From Nymphaea colorata (taxonomy: Eukaryota): a DNA stretch of 64,000 bases. The notes under the pieces were generated by a model. That model was given only the letters and a program-made list of their open reading frames with translations. It had not been told where the DNA came from and made no database searches. The position numbers and the translations under genes were made by a program. The stretch covers positions 26,102,001 to 26,166,000 of the forward strand of contig NC_045138.2 of NCBI RefSeq assembly GCF_008831285.2. Direction: 5' to 3'. Position 1 is the first letter of the stretch. Each line of letters starts with the position of its first letter. Of the stretch, positions 45,001-58,865 are shown piece after piece.

Positions 45001-47126
45001 AACAACTTCCAGGTACTTTCCCCACAGCACAAATGTTATCAGCATGGCACTTGTCTCAAAGTATGTTGGAGACCAGAATCCAGTGACTGCGCCATAAAGT
45101 AATGCGTATGCCGAGTAGAAATAAGAAGCTGAAGTACCAAGTGCAACTAACACATCCATGTTGGCCGTCCCACGACGTAAAGCTCTATAAGCAGCCTCAT
45201 AAAAGCGTCTGCCGGTGATAAATTGAACAGGGGTAACCAATGCCCATTTCAACCAATCACTCATCAGAAAAGGGCCACAGCGTACAAGTAGTAACGAATA
45301 TACAAGAGGTATGAGGGGGCATACAACCCCAATAAGAAAAACTGGGACCTGTTAAGAATCAACAGAGGAATCAAGAATTTCACCTACCTTGGAAATGAAA
45401 AGATGAAAAGTAAACCGTATGCACGGAAATAATAAAGGAAAAACCACGAATGCCAGCATATCACTCGATAACCTCAACAAAGCATGAAAGTTTGATACTC
45501 ACACTGAGATACAAGCTGGAAAGAAAGAGCCGAAACAATTTTTTGGATTCTTCTACATCACCGGAGATGAATTTTGAGTATGGATTTCGCAGAAGTACAC
45601 TGAATTTTCCATTGCTTCCTTTCTGGATGAAATCGACTATGGATCTCAAGCCAGTGACCTGAGGATCAAATACAATTTCTAACTCTGAGATGGCTTTGTT
45701 GAAGTCAAATTGCCTCACTCCTTTCAAATCCCCAAGTAAACCTCCTAAGAGCTGTACATCCTTTTCACTATATACCCCAACTATTCCCAAAAAAATTCTG
45801 TCTTGTTCGCCGCTCTGAAGAAAAGAACCATCAAAGCCAGCATCTTCAATCGCCTGTACAATTTGGTCCTTGCTAATGACATTAGGATCATATTCAACTT
45901 CCCCTGATGATGTGGCTAAAGCGACAACCGCATGCCTAACACCTGGTAGCTTCCTTAGTATGCCCTCAACAGAATTTACGCAGGCTGCACAAGTCATTCC
46001 TCCAATTCTGAACTGACCAATCAAGGAACCCTGCTGCTTTGGTCGTGCAGCTGGAGCCTCCATCAAAATTTCTGCATCAAATCCTGCGTCTTCAATGGCG
46101 ACCTTGATATCTTCCTCCTGCATCAGATATACAGATTGTTCAGAGGAACCAAAAGGAAGTTATATAGATAAACGAAATTTACGACATTATACTGCGTTGG
46201 CAGCAGCACTGCGATTTGCCTACAGGCCTCACTCTTCGTCCGGTTTGCCCAATACCCAACAGCTCCTTCTCCTTCAAGGGAGATAGGAAACGATCATTTT
46301 ACATCGACCTCAAACAAGAGGACGACTATAATTCATGGATAAGAAACCCCTTACTTCGTGACATTGGTACACAATAATCCAGGACGACAGCCATTCCGCG
46401 AGCTTAGTAAAGGCAAATATAGACCAGGAGGATGATCTCAACATCACAATACGAGGCAACTTTTAATCCCATAAAGGCATTGCTCGACATTCAACCATTT
46501 TCTCAGCCACCTTTTTACCCATCGAGCTTGGATTGAAAGAGTGCTATTCTCACTCGCTGAATTCCCATATCTCTAGCTACCCCGTTCTCAGAGACCTTAT
46601 CCAATTGTTATGGGCCATCTTAATTCAAGCACAATCACCCAAAAACCCCCATCAAACAATCCAATAAACCCAAGAACACCGCAACCCATCTCATCCAAGA
46701 ACCCTCTCACTCGAACAAAAAAGGAACAAATGTAGACAGCTTAGGCAAAGAAGAAGGACAAGAAGAAGAGAAGGAGGAAGGAAAGAGGGACAGAAGGCGT
46801 GCCTTGAGGAGGGAGGGATCGAACAGCACGTCAGCTTTGTTCTGAAGGAGAGCGACGGAGGCACGGAGGACGCCGGGGAGGCCAGACAGCGCCTTCTCCA
46901 CCGAATTGGAGCAGGCAGCGCAGGTCATTCCTGTGACCTTCACCTGCACCTTCCTGGCGCTGCTTCTTCCCTCCTCCTCCTCCTCCTCCCCACCAGACGA
47001 AGAAGAAGAAGAAGCAGGACAATCTCTTCGTCCTCCCTCCAAATCAAGCAGACGCACCTCCTCCAGCTCGTCCCAATCTTCGCCATGCCTCCCCGAAGGC
47101 AAGCTCGCCAGCTGCACGCGCTTCAT
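42032..47126 (-). CDS. RAN1: Copper-transporting P1B-type ATPase RAN1/HMA7, ~1010 aa, 9 exons
   Basis: Exons 46803-47126, 45503-46117, 44919-45348, 44348-44673, 43942-44000, 43504-43846, 43192-43392, 42835-43092, 42032-42508; 3033 nt in frame. Two GMTCAAC metal-binding domains plus [23 protein letters not shown] and GDGINDSP motifs. N-terminal EEVRLLD and C-terminal [13 protein letters not shown] match the RAN1 clade. Confidence 0.93.
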
Positions 47127-49087
47127 TCCTCCTCCTTGCTTGTCGATTCCTTCTTCTCTCTCACCCCTGCCTCCCTCTTTATTCTAAGCCTTGGCTTCGT
47201 TCCCGCAAGGGAGGAAGCAGATGATAGAGAAGAGCGCAGAGCAACGGAACCAACCAACAGACAGAGGAAGAAGAGAGGTTGCGTCTTGCGTGCGTGGCCT
47301 GCCTCCTCTTCCTCCCCCACCCAACTCTCATTATTTCTTTTTCGTCCTTGTGTTTGGTGGGACCGATGGTCTCACCAAAATTTACAGTGAGCTTTTCTGC
47401 TTCCCTTTTTCTTTTCCCCTTTGTCCTTCTTGGTTGTTTTGACCTTCATGTTCTTCTTTCTTTCAAGCGCATGTTGGTCTACCCTTTTCCTTTTTAACAA
47501 CTTTTTTTATAAAACAATTAAGCTTACTAATAATATCATGAAATGATGTTGTTAATTTTTTCCTATTTTACAGCCATGTCTATGCAAACATGGATCAGAT
47601 GTTGAATTCCTGGTCGTTAACGTGTTTGATATGATACGATTCCAAGCAGGCAGTCTTTTGATTTTGAACGGCAGATGCGTTTGAAGTTTCTGACTTTGTT
47701 CATATCAAGGGAACGGTGGTTGCAATCTTCATCCTGTGGAAATTGCTGCACGTTTGAATGCTGCAAAGATTTCTCAAAGATGAAAAGCGTGGCAGCGTAA
47801 GCTCCTTAAATAAATTCTTGTCACAAGTAAATCCGTTCACGCATATGCAGTCCATGCATTTCTCTTTAACAAGTCTTTACCGTGGAAAATCTGTTCTTGC
47901 ATTCAAACACGCCCCTTTTTAACTTAACATCACAAAAATAATTTTTGTTATTGTTTCATGAATCTATTTATACTTTATATTGATGAGGCGTTGCCCTCAA
48001 TTATTTTGGTCTCAACAAAGAGACAAATAGTCACTACGAAAGCAAACACGACTCCCTTCTTTCGACATTTTATTAATCGATGAGCCAATTTTAGCATTGA
48101 ATTGACAACAATTACCGAAGAAGAGGGCTTTACAGTAAAACGGCGGCTTTCGTTCGTCTTAATCAATATATTTTATCATTTAAGGAAGTTAGACAGACTT
48201 CCCACCTCTTTTGAAGGAGACTTTGTGGGAAAGCGAAGAAAAGAGAAGGCGACCGATCGAGCCCATTTATGTTGGGGGTGCAACTTGGCTGAGGTCTCCC
48301 GCCGGAGCGACGGCGATGTCCTGCGACCCACTAGATCCCGACCGTCTATACTCCGAGATCTACGGCTGCCCGCGTTAACGGGGACGGTGAGGGCCGGACA
48401 GCCGCGTTCCCCGCCGTCCCGGTCACGGCGGGAGTTGGAGTGGGACGACTGACGAGTCCACCCTCACCGATCATCGATAATGACAGTCGAGCCCCTTTGT
48501 GCTCGTACTGCAGTACCGATGTACTGCATGGGGCGAGGGCAGAAGAGTCATTTCCTAGTCGGACGAGTTCCGATGACCTAATCGTCTTTCTCACTTTTCG
48601 TTTTTTAACTTAAAAGAAGGAATTTTCACTTTTCAGAGGCGGAAGAGCAGGCGTCAACGTTGAGGTCCGCAGCTGCTCGTGAGTGAATTAAAAAGATTTG
48701 GTCAGTTTTGATCGGCGAAGTACGATTGTGGAATTTTCTCTTTTTCTTTTTTCTTTCAGAATTTATTACTTGCGAGACAAGTTACAATAAATTTTTCTTT
48801 TGCAGGCCGTTGTCTTCTTCAAAATTTAATTTTCAAAAAAAAAAACATCCTCTCAGAAATGACCTTTTGCCTTAATTTTAAATGGGTGGTCTTGAGCTCT
48901 AAAATTTATTTTTACTGCCAACTTATCGTCCAGGGGTCTCAACTGCAGCCACGAACATCATGGTATATAAACTTTTATAACACATGTTCATCCAAATTTG
49001 ACAATCTTTTATCAAAGAAGTTTATATATTCAGCCATAAGAGGCAAAGCCTAAAAACCCGCCCAGCATGGACTTTCACACCCTCTTT

Positions 49088-49533
49088 TAGGTGAATACAG
49101 GAGTCGGCCTCATTTTTTATCTACGATATGAGTTACTGAGTTCAACTCGTTAAAACTTTTTTAATGAATGAGTTCAAGTCGAGTCATTTGCTTAAGGAGT
49201 CGAACTCGAGTTCATGAGTCGACTCGTTCAAGTAATCAAGTTGAGTTCGAGCTCAACACGTAACTGCCCAGTCGAGCTCGAGCCTTAATCGAATTTGTCG
49301 ACCATTAATCAAGTCAATATATTCAAACGAGTTTACGAGTTTTGTCGAACTCGAACTCAACACTGAATGTCAATTCTATTGAAACGAGTTTATCAAGCCT
49401 TAATCGAGTCGAGCTCGAGATGCTTCCGTCGAGCTATTCTTAAACTCGAGCCGAGTCAAGGTCGAGGTTTCATTAGTTGAACCAAGCTTGAACTGATTGA
49501 CCTCAGGCTCGACTCGGCTCGTGTTCACCCCTA
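49088..49533. mobile_element. MITE, same family as 11309-11677
   Basis: Shared interior (CGAGTTCATGAGTCGACTCGTT, GAGCTCAACA, TGAATGTCAATTCTATT) and the same 3' end GGCTCGTGTTCACCCCTA. Confidence 0.75.
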
Positions 49534-50087
49534 ATCAAAGGTATAAATAGGAGTGAACATCAGGTCAGTACATGACATATACTTGGTACTGCCCCAACAC
49601 GGGCCTGACCATGGGTACATAAACTCACTCCAAAATTAGGCACCTAGCCAGGCTGAACCTCGGGCCTAGGTTTCAAACAGTCAGGTTAAGACTAGCTTAC
49701 GATTGCATGCGACAAGTCGGCCCCAGAGAGACTTTTTGTCTATACACATGAAAGTTGACCTCTTTTTTTCCAGTCAAACCCTGATTTGTGGTTTAATTTA
49801 ATAAACCAATTAAATAATTTAATAAACCAATTAAAATGAGTAATATTGGATGAATGGGTGGGAAGGATTTGACTCATGCACCCTTCCCTCAACCACCACC
49901 CTCAAATTCCCCACAAAATTTACCTAACCCTTACGTCAACACCTTCAAACGGTCCACTCTTGATCCTTTACTTCAAATTGGTGGCTAAGTCCTCCTTCTG
50001 TGTTCAAACGACTGTTTAGGGCTGACGTGGCAAAAGACTCATAATAAAATACATGGTTCATTTAATAAAAAAATAGTGTTTTAAGAT

Positions 50088-50473
50088 TAGAGATGTCAAT
50101 ATATTCGATTTGAATCGAATATCTAATTGATCTGATTCAAAAAAATCAGATATGAAAAAAAAAAAATATCTATTAAGAAATCAGATCAGATTTATTAATA
50201 AATACCATTTGATCGGATTTGGATTTGAATGCGGATATACATAAATATTTGATTGGATTCAGATCGGATTCATGTTTAGACAAATATCTTGTATCTAATG
50301 CTACTGAATTTTGAAAAACGTCTAAATAAAAATCAGATTCAGATTGTAAAGTTGGATTTCGGATATGACTTTTTTTTATTCAATTCGAATTTGAATATGA
50401 ATATGTGAATATTCGAAAAAACAGATATGATTAAAGATATATCTGATCTGAACCTGATCCGTTGAACATCCTT
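50088..50473. mobile_element. MITE-like element (TAGAGATGT...ACATCCTTA ends, ATCGGAT/TTCGAAT-rich)
   Basis: Imperfect inverted termini and dense GGAT/ATCC subterminal motifs. Confidence 0.5.
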
Positions 50474-51671
50474 AAGATCAGAGGGGAAGGATCCGATCTT
50501 AACATCCTTATAATTCCGAAACAATGGATTTAAGATCAGACCATCCCCCTGTATTTTTTCAATACAAAAAAAATAAAATAAAGATTTAAGTGTGTTCGTC
50601 CTTTCCGTTATTTTCTGGTCATTTTCGTTACAATTAATCGTATGAAAAGACATAAATTATTCAAACTAGAACAAAGAATCGTGGGAATCAGAAGTAATTA
50701 TTTAGATCTTTTGAAAATTAAAGTAATAAAGAAGGCACTTGGGAGATAGGATTTAAACTCTTTCATCATTTTTCTTTGGTTGTTTCTTTCATTGAGAAAA
50801 TCAGATTATCAGAACTTAATATTACAGTAGTTTTGAATTTTCTTTAATCTTTTGCATCACTGATAGCTCATAGTTAAAACACTAAACCATAAATATTGGA
50901 CCCTGCAATTTAATGTCAACGATTCTCATAAACTAAATGTTAGGGTTTAAGGCTTAGAGATTGTGTTTTTGGGGTTCAAATACTATACTCAACGCAATAA
51001 ACGTTCAATTTTTATTGATATCTAAATTTGGTTACAAGTAGAAATTTAAATAGTTATTTTATTGTTCTATATTTGAATCTAGATCTAATTTTAAATCAAA
51101 TTAAGAAACATCAAGGAATCGTCAAACAAATTGCTTTTGAGACAACTTGTTCTTATGATTGAGTATTTTTATATTCATAAGTACTCAATGAGAAGAGAGA
51201 GTCTCAATTGCATGACTCCACACAACATGAAGTTGTCAGTGTCTAGTTTTGTTGTATCTGCTCACATGCACATGCATCCAACAACAAAAATATTGCTGGA
51301 AATAAGCTTTTTTATATGGAAAACTATAGACTGCAAAAGAATAATTAGAAAGAGATTAAACAACATCTTAGCTATGTACATTAAAAAAAAACTATAAAAT
51401 GTAAAAGAAAAATAAGAAAAAGATTAAACAATATCTTATCTATGTACATCTAAAACATTATATTCTAAAAAACATTGTATTTGTGGGAGGAGATATTGTG
51501 GCTTATTGTCTGGTAAATTATGCATATCATCCATGTGATCTCTATATTAGAGGCCAGCTTGTGAAAAAGGAAAAAAAAAACAGGAGGTTTTGGATATATA
51601 TTAGGTAGGGTCCTAGATTGAGATTCCATCTATCCCAGTGCTCCATTGGACCCACTTTTGTCTCTTGGGTA

Positions 51672-51848
51672 CAGCGGCGGAGTCACATATGGACAGGTCG
51701 GGGTAGTTGCCCGCACTAGCCCCACGGGAACTTTATATCTTTATATTAGTAACTTAAAAGATTTGCTCATTTATATATAATGGCGCCCCGTGAGGTCTGA
51801 TCGTATTTTCATCGGTGCCCTTCAGCTCAAAATTCCGGTCCGCGACTC
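51672..51848. mobile_element. Degenerate hAT-type MITE
   Basis: CAGCGGCGGAGTC...GGTCCGCGACT imperfect inverted ends with an AT-rich core. Confidence 0.4.
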
Positions 51849-52108
51849 TTTAGGTGATGCCGGTCAAGTTCTTTTTTTCCTTTCTTTTCTTTTCTTTCAA
51901 ACATGTAGTGGTGGAAGAGGAGTGGCCATTTTTCTCATTGGATAGCTACTAGGCAGCCAACTGCAACCCACCTTAAAAGCAAAGTCTACAACTACCTTAA
52001 ATGCTTTGAGAAGAATTTGCTTTTGCACCAAAGCCTGCTTCCCCCACCTAACTTTTCCATGGTCTCACTACACCACTTTTATATGCTTTTCTTGCCGGTT
52101 CATGTGGT

Positions 52109-52548
52109 TCTTGTCGATCAGATCCACCGCGTAACGTATCTGTCACTGCCCAAATCGAACGAGGGTGTGTTTGATAGTCTCGGACCTGACTTGAAATCCC
52201 AATAGACCCCAAAAAAGTTTCTTGTCGATCAGATCCACGTAACGTATCTATCACCACCCAAATCGAACGAGGGTGTGTTTGATAGTCTCGGACCTGACTT
52301 GAAATCCCAATAGACCCCAAAAAAGTTTCTTGTCGATCAGATCCACGTAACGTATCTGTCACCGCCCAAATCGAACGAGGGTGTGTTTGATAGTCTCGGA
52401 CCTGACTTGAAATCCCAATAGACCCCAAAAAAGTTTCTTGTCGATCAGATCCACGTAACGTATCTGTCACTGCCCAAACCGAACAAGGGTGTGTTTGATA
52501 GTCTCGGACCTCATTTGAAACCCCTTTTGCGATTGACCCCAAAAAAGT
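52109..52548. repeat. Tandem repeat, 4 copies of a 108-bp unit
   Basis: TCTTGTCGATCAGATCC units start at 52109, 52220, 52328 and 52436 (spacing 111/108/108); copies are near-identical. Confidence 0.95.
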
Positions 52549-52712
52549 AAACATGTCAGATTTCATCACTTTATAAAAATAAGGTCCGCTGGGGGAGGGG
52601 GGTCGGATCTCAAATCCTCGGATCTGTTATCCTCAGATCATCTTGGATCTTAGGAAATAAACAACCCCCTTGGGGAATCCTGGGGCCTTGTTTGATTTGG
52701 AGATCTATTATG

Positions 52713-55677
52713 TTGTCGGATATCATGATTGAAAACATAATTTTGGATCTTGACTTGGATATGAATCTGTCAAATTCCTGTTTGGGATCATGTTCTTGAG
52801 GTTCAAGAATCAGCAGGTTTGAGGATGCTGGATCTATGGGGTTTGGTTGGGTTTGGTAATTTGGTGGGTATAACGTAAAGACCGGATGGAAGATGGTACA
52901 CTATGTAACGTAAGGATTAGATGAAACATTTCATGTATATTTGGCTTGAAAAAATCTTGTACACATGCAATTTAGTTAAGACTTTGCAGTCTAAGTAGTT
53001 CTGACCTCATTCGATGGCGTGGAGATAATCAATCTGGTCAAGAACTTGCGAACCAACTTTCTTATATATTTAAAACACAAGAACAATGCTTCCTTTATGA
53101 AACTTGATTTTTTAAGAGATTGAATTTTTTGATGTCCCAAGAAGACAATGATAAATATGAGAGAGCTTAGGAATGAAATTTATTGCTTTTTGAATGAAGG
53201 AAAGAAATCGCAACTAAAAGTCAGATCTAGCGTCTAAGTCAAGTTATTGATTGCGTTGCCAAAGCAAGTAATTATGTGAAAGGAATGCATGATAGAAGTT
53301 GGATGTCAATATAGTATGTGGTACAACTGTAGTACTAGTTTGTATATATATATATATGGAGGGTGCAAGCCATGATTTTTTCAGAACTATAGTTTCGAAA
53401 TTTTAACAGAAATCGAAACATAATTTTCAAAACTTTTATATGTGAGAATTTTTAAAAACTGCATTTCATTTTTTTTTAATTTTAAAGGTAGACCAACCTG
53501 GCCCTGTCATGTGGTTGCAGCATGTAAACATGTAAAACATTTTGGATATGGTTCAGTCCAGCTTTAATTGGATTGGACTCGATCCAATGTGATGTAATCG
53601 GATTTGGATCTAGACTCAACTTCGGATCCTTTTTGTCTAAAACTGTATGTGGTTCTCATTAGTATGAGATCTGATCTTGGCATAAGGTTTCATGTGTACT
53701 AAGCCTCTTCATACCTTTCATTTAAAAATTGAAGGCCCTTTTTTAAGGGGTCGTTTGGCAGCATAAGCGCTCTGTGGGTGTTCCATGAACCTGACCTAAA
53801 AATAGAGGTAGATTCATAGAACATTCTGCAACAAAAGGTCAGGTGCAAATTGGCGAGATTGGGACTCAATTACAAGCTTCTATTTTAATACAATTCACAA
53901 ATCGATCCTTTCGCCTCGGGGTCTAGTAGAATAAAAATAATGTATCTTCAATTTGGTGCCAAGGCCCACTCCATTGACCAAAGAAACGCTGTGTGTATGA
54001 AGAGAGTTCTTTCAATATAGTTGTCAATGTACTTCAATTAGTACACAAATAGTTTTAGTACAAGTGCTCTCAAATTAGAAGTGACTTGCTCTGAGTTAGT
54101 TCTCCACCTGTCTAAGTAGTCATCCATTAAAGCAAATCTCAAAAGGATTTGCATGAAAGCAATGGATCAACTTTATCTGTCCTGCTAAATAGTATCTAAG
54201 AGAGAATAAAAACTAGTTAGTTGAATTTGGAGTTCTTATTTAATGCGGATTTCAAATTTTAATTTCGTCATTTGTAGCATAGCTCAAAAAAGCAGGCTAG
54301 GCGCATGATGCAGCAGTTCGATCCCAGGGCCCTTTGCTCTGGTACTAAAAAAAGGGGTGCTATGTGCAAGCTGAAGTATACGGCGATCTCAACATCTAGT
54401 ACCAATGCAGTTCTGGACCCTAATGGCAAGGAAAAAGAAGAGAAGGCAGTGTGATAATCCTTTAGCTGACTTATAAAAATGAAGATAGGTCTCTATATGC
54501 AACTTGAAGTATGTGGGGATCTCACCGTCTGGTACCAACACAGCTCTAAACTCTGAGGTCACTAGGAAAGAGAAGAGAAAAGGGAGAATATTTCAGATCT
54601 CGTTTGGGCAGTGGAATAACTCTCTACTCACCCCAAATCTTAAGTTGGTCACACTTTGAAGTCATTGTTAAGAGTAAAATGGGTTCGCCACATGCTTGAA
54701 ACCGAATGAATTTTTTATTGTGAATTAAAAATATAAAAATTATCGAGTAATATAAAATTTGTTTTGTATTGCCTCTCTCCATGTTAGAGAATATTATCTT
54801 TCTTTGAACAAATAGTGAGAATATAAAATTTATCCAGTGCACATACACAAACAAAGAGAGAGAGAGAGAGAGAGTGACAGAGATTTTTAAGGGGTAAACT
54901 TAAAAATATCATTCAGTTAGGAGATCTCTGAAAGGTAGAATGTCAACAATAAGTGCTTGTTTGCTCATCAAGGAGCCTAAGCATCGGTAAATTGTCGGAC
55001 ATCATGATTGAAAACATAATGTGGTCCTTGACTTGATGTTTGGATCCAGATCTTCAGGTTCAAGAATCAGCAGGTTTGAGGATGCTGGATATATATATAT
55101 ATATATATACACGGGCTTGTAGGGTTTGGTCCCTGTCTTTGAGGTTTGGTTGGGTTTGCTAGAGGTGGGTACAACGTCAAGACCACATGGAAGATGGTAC
55201 AGTATGTAACGTAAAGATTAGATGAAACATTTCATGTATATTTGCTAAAAAGAACTTGTATACAAGAAATTTAGTTGAGACTTTGCACTCTTAAGTGGTT
55301 CTGACCTGATTTGTTGGCGTAGAGATAGCCAATATGGTCAAGAACTTGCGAACCAACTTTCTTATATAGTTAAAACACAAGAAAAATGCTTCTTTCAGCT
55401 TATGAAACTTCATTCTTTAAGAAATTGAATTTTGGGTAACCGAAAGAGACATTGATAAATGTGGGAGAGCATAGGAATGAAATTTGTTGCTTTCTGAATC
55501 AAGGGAAGAAATGATAACAAAAAGTTAGCCTGCTCTAGTAGCGTCTGCGTCAAGCTCTTGAATGCGTTGCGATGAGTAATTATGTAAAAGGAATGCATGA
55601 TGGAAGTTCGATGCGAATAGCTACTTTCTTTAAAACGATAGTACGAGTTTAGTACCAACTTTAGTACGAGTCTAAGA

Positions 55678-55731
<54 letters not shown>

Positions 55732-57545
55732 AAGTTTTGGATATGGTTGAGTCCAGCTTTATTGGATTCGACTCGATCCAATCTGATGTAATCGGATTTA
55801 GATCTAGACTCAACTTCCAGTCCTTTTGTTTCTAACCTCAACGTTTGATGGGTACTAACTTCTTCAAACCTTTTGTTATTATTTTTTTCAAATGAAAGCT
55901 TTTGAGGGACACATCTCTTCGGCCGAGTCGGAGAGACACACCATCTAACTAAAGGTCGAAGTTTTTTCCCAACTCCTTATTCCATTGCTTTTGGTGCCTA
56001 GGGTGTCGCCCTCACAGTGCTTAAACTTGTGCAATGGTGGCTCTCTTTTTGCAGCATAAAGAGTTGACGTCTTGGGAATCCAAAATAGAAACCACTTACT
56101 AGACTCGCACAGTGAAGAGACCTGACCAACATGAGCAAAACTATTGAAAAGTCCAGATGCAAATTAGCAAGGTTGGGACTTGATTTCAAGCCTCTATTTT
56201 AGTACAATTCATAAGTCAATCCCTTAAACCTTACTATCTACAAAAGGCCGAAATCTCGTACTCTGGGTCCAAGGCTTTGCTGGGTTATATAATAAGAAAA
56301 GTATACCTTCAACTTGGTTCATACCCCGAATCCATTGACCAAAGGAACGTTCATAAATCGAAGCATCCAGCCTGCTGCTAAAAGAGTTTTCTTAGTCTGG
56401 TTGTCCATGTACTTTCATCAGTACACACACAATTATAAGTACAACTGCCCTCACATTAGAAGTGACCTGATCTGAGTTCGCTCTCCACCAGTCCAAGTCA
56501 TCCATTGAACCAATCCCAAAGAGAGTTGCATAAAAGAGACAGTGGATCAACTTTTTCTGTCCTGCTATAAATGGAATCTAAGAAATAAAAACTAGTTGAG
56601 CTTTGGAGTCGTCATTTAATGCAGATTTCAAATCTTAAATTGACCTCACATTTAAAGTTATTTGATCGCTTGTTCACCGCAAACTCGTTACCCAATGAAT
56701 ATTTTAATGTGAACTAAAAGTCTAGAAAATCATCGAGCAATATGAAATTTGTTTTGTGTTCCTGCTCTGCAGGTTAGAGGAGAATATTTTACTTCATCAA
56801 AGTAAGTTTCATGGTTTGTAAAATCAGGAGCATGACATAATGCGACAGTGGATTTAGGAGTTTCTGGAAGGCCGACTCATTGTTTTTTTTTTCACGAAAA
56901 CGATGGAAACAATCTCTTAAATCAATGGAAGGTAACTGCCCCTAGCCGTGGCTGTTGAGCAACAGTGACTAGTGAGGATCCGATGAAACCAAGTGTAAGC
57001 TGTTTAAACCAAATTTAATGTAAACATATGTGATCTACGTGGTAGGTCTGATACGAAACAGCTTCTTACATGGTATTTTTGTAATGTAAAAAATATACTA
57101 TGCCATGAAATTTTGACATTTCTGCAATTGTTCAATCTCGGAATGTTGTAAGATTATGCAGAGCACTAGATTTTAACAGTTTAAATGTTGATTTTCATAA
57201 AATAAAACCGCGTTGATCACATCTGTATTAAATTTGGCTGAAGCAACTTGGAGTTTTGAAATCTAGAGGATAATACATAGTCTTTTACATATATAAGGAT
57301 TTATCCAGTGCCATACCAGTCGGTGTCTTGTTGTTCTTCAACTTGAACACCCTAAACGAAAATCAGGACTTTTGAATCTCCCCCTCTCTCTCTATGACAA
57401 ATTTTTAAGCGGTGAGCCATAATACTCGTTTGATTAAGAGACCTCTGAAAGATAGAAGAGATCATTTCAGCAAATTGTGAATGTTGTATCATCTAGCTTA
57501 TAAGCACTTGTTTGCATCAAGAACCTAAGTATCGGTGAAACGTCC
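52713..57545. repeat. Diverged tandem segmental duplication (~52713-54992 vs ~54993-57545)
   Basis: Colinear shared blocks: GTCGGA(T/C)ATCATGATTGAAAACATAA, GGAAGATGGTACA, GGTCAAGAACTTGCGAACCAACTTTCTTATATA, TCCATTGACCAAA, GGATCAACTTT, CCTAAG(C/T)ATCGGT. Confidence 0.85.
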
Positions 57546-58865
57546 ACATGGAGGTAAGAAGGAAGCTTACAGTTATCCACATTAGCAATCCTGGACTTCT
57601 AAATGTTTGTTGAGAACATCTTCGGTTGGACGCCACCATCTCAAAATTTTTCTCATTTAGTTGGTGGGAAAGAGTTTAACTTCCCTGGAAGCTCAACATC
57701 TTTCTTAGCAATTCCCCCCCAAGACATCCAAACTCTAGCGCCGATGCCCATCGTTGGGATGGGATTTCTCCCCTTTGTTTCAGTTTTATGAACACAATCA
57801 TACACATGGAAGGATAATTACAATCAAACTAGTGCACCTCCAAGGGGCGTAACATAACTGTTTAGACTGGCGGGCCAAGGAAAGTCTGGTTGTCAGTTTG
57901 ATTCTCATAGACGCTATTTTTCCGAACTACAAACAGTAGATGCACAATACTTTAATTGTGCTGCTCCCCGCTAAAGTCTCGAAGCAACCCCCCACCCTAG
58001 GGGTGGCGGTTCAACATCTTCAAGGTATCTTCATACCTCCAATCAAGTTAGTGCAACTCTATCAACCATGGTATTTGTCAGTTCTAGTGAGGCACCTTAT
58101 CACCACAGACAGACACATAAGACTGTGGTGAGTACCAGTGACTGGCATCAACAAATGAAAAGAGTTGCAGGATAGTCGTTAAATAGGGCCTTCCTCCCCT
58201 TGCATTTCGAAGTTTCGGTAAAGGACCACGGGCACAAAGCAGATCATGTTTAGGTTCTAAATGGGCGTTCGTGCACCATGAACCGGAACCGAGAAATTTT
58301 AGGTTCAAGACGAGCAGCTGCTCAGTCGTAACCTTATATGTGGCTCTATCACCGAGTTGAACTAAGGGGCATTTGAGTGCAGAAACAAATTCTCACCAAA
58401 AAAGAAATTTATCAAAAGACGGAACAAATTTTCTCCAGCAGTTAAAAATTAAAAAACCTCCGAAGCGGACATTTTCAGTCAACTAGCTATTACTTTACGA
58501 AGATAAACAGGAAAAGGACGCTCGAAGCAGGGGAAAATTTTACGATTCTTATCAACAGAAATTTGAAGCTAACCTATTATCGTAATATTAACTTTTCCTG
58601 ATACAAACGTGTGCAGTTTCTTCCCCCAAAACACCAGAAAACTAGATAAAGAACAGCAAATATGGATCGGTCCATGCTTTTCAACCACAAAGTAACAAAC
58701 TTGGAAATAGATTGGAGGAATTACATGACAAGCACAGATTGAGAAATGAGCAACAGTTTTCCTCTTAAACGAGCAAGTAGAAACTAAACTAAATCATAAT
58801 AGAAAACGACAAAGATTCTCTCTGTATTACAGTTCTCGGCTACAAAAACCTGTGCCAAGCGTAAT

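Noticed and set aside
33882..47126. Functional gene cluster (defensin, F-box, Cu-ATPase)
   Set aside because: Unrelated families with no shared pathway evidence; ordinary plant gene neighbourhood.
52109..52548. CRISPR-like array
   Set aside because: Whole units are repeated with no unique spacers; eukaryotic context; no cas genes.
57600..58350. Intact LTR retrotransposon (PPT-like purine run and GGGGCGTAACA end motif)
   Set aside because: No paired LTRs and no gag/pol ORF; at most an unidentifiable remnant.
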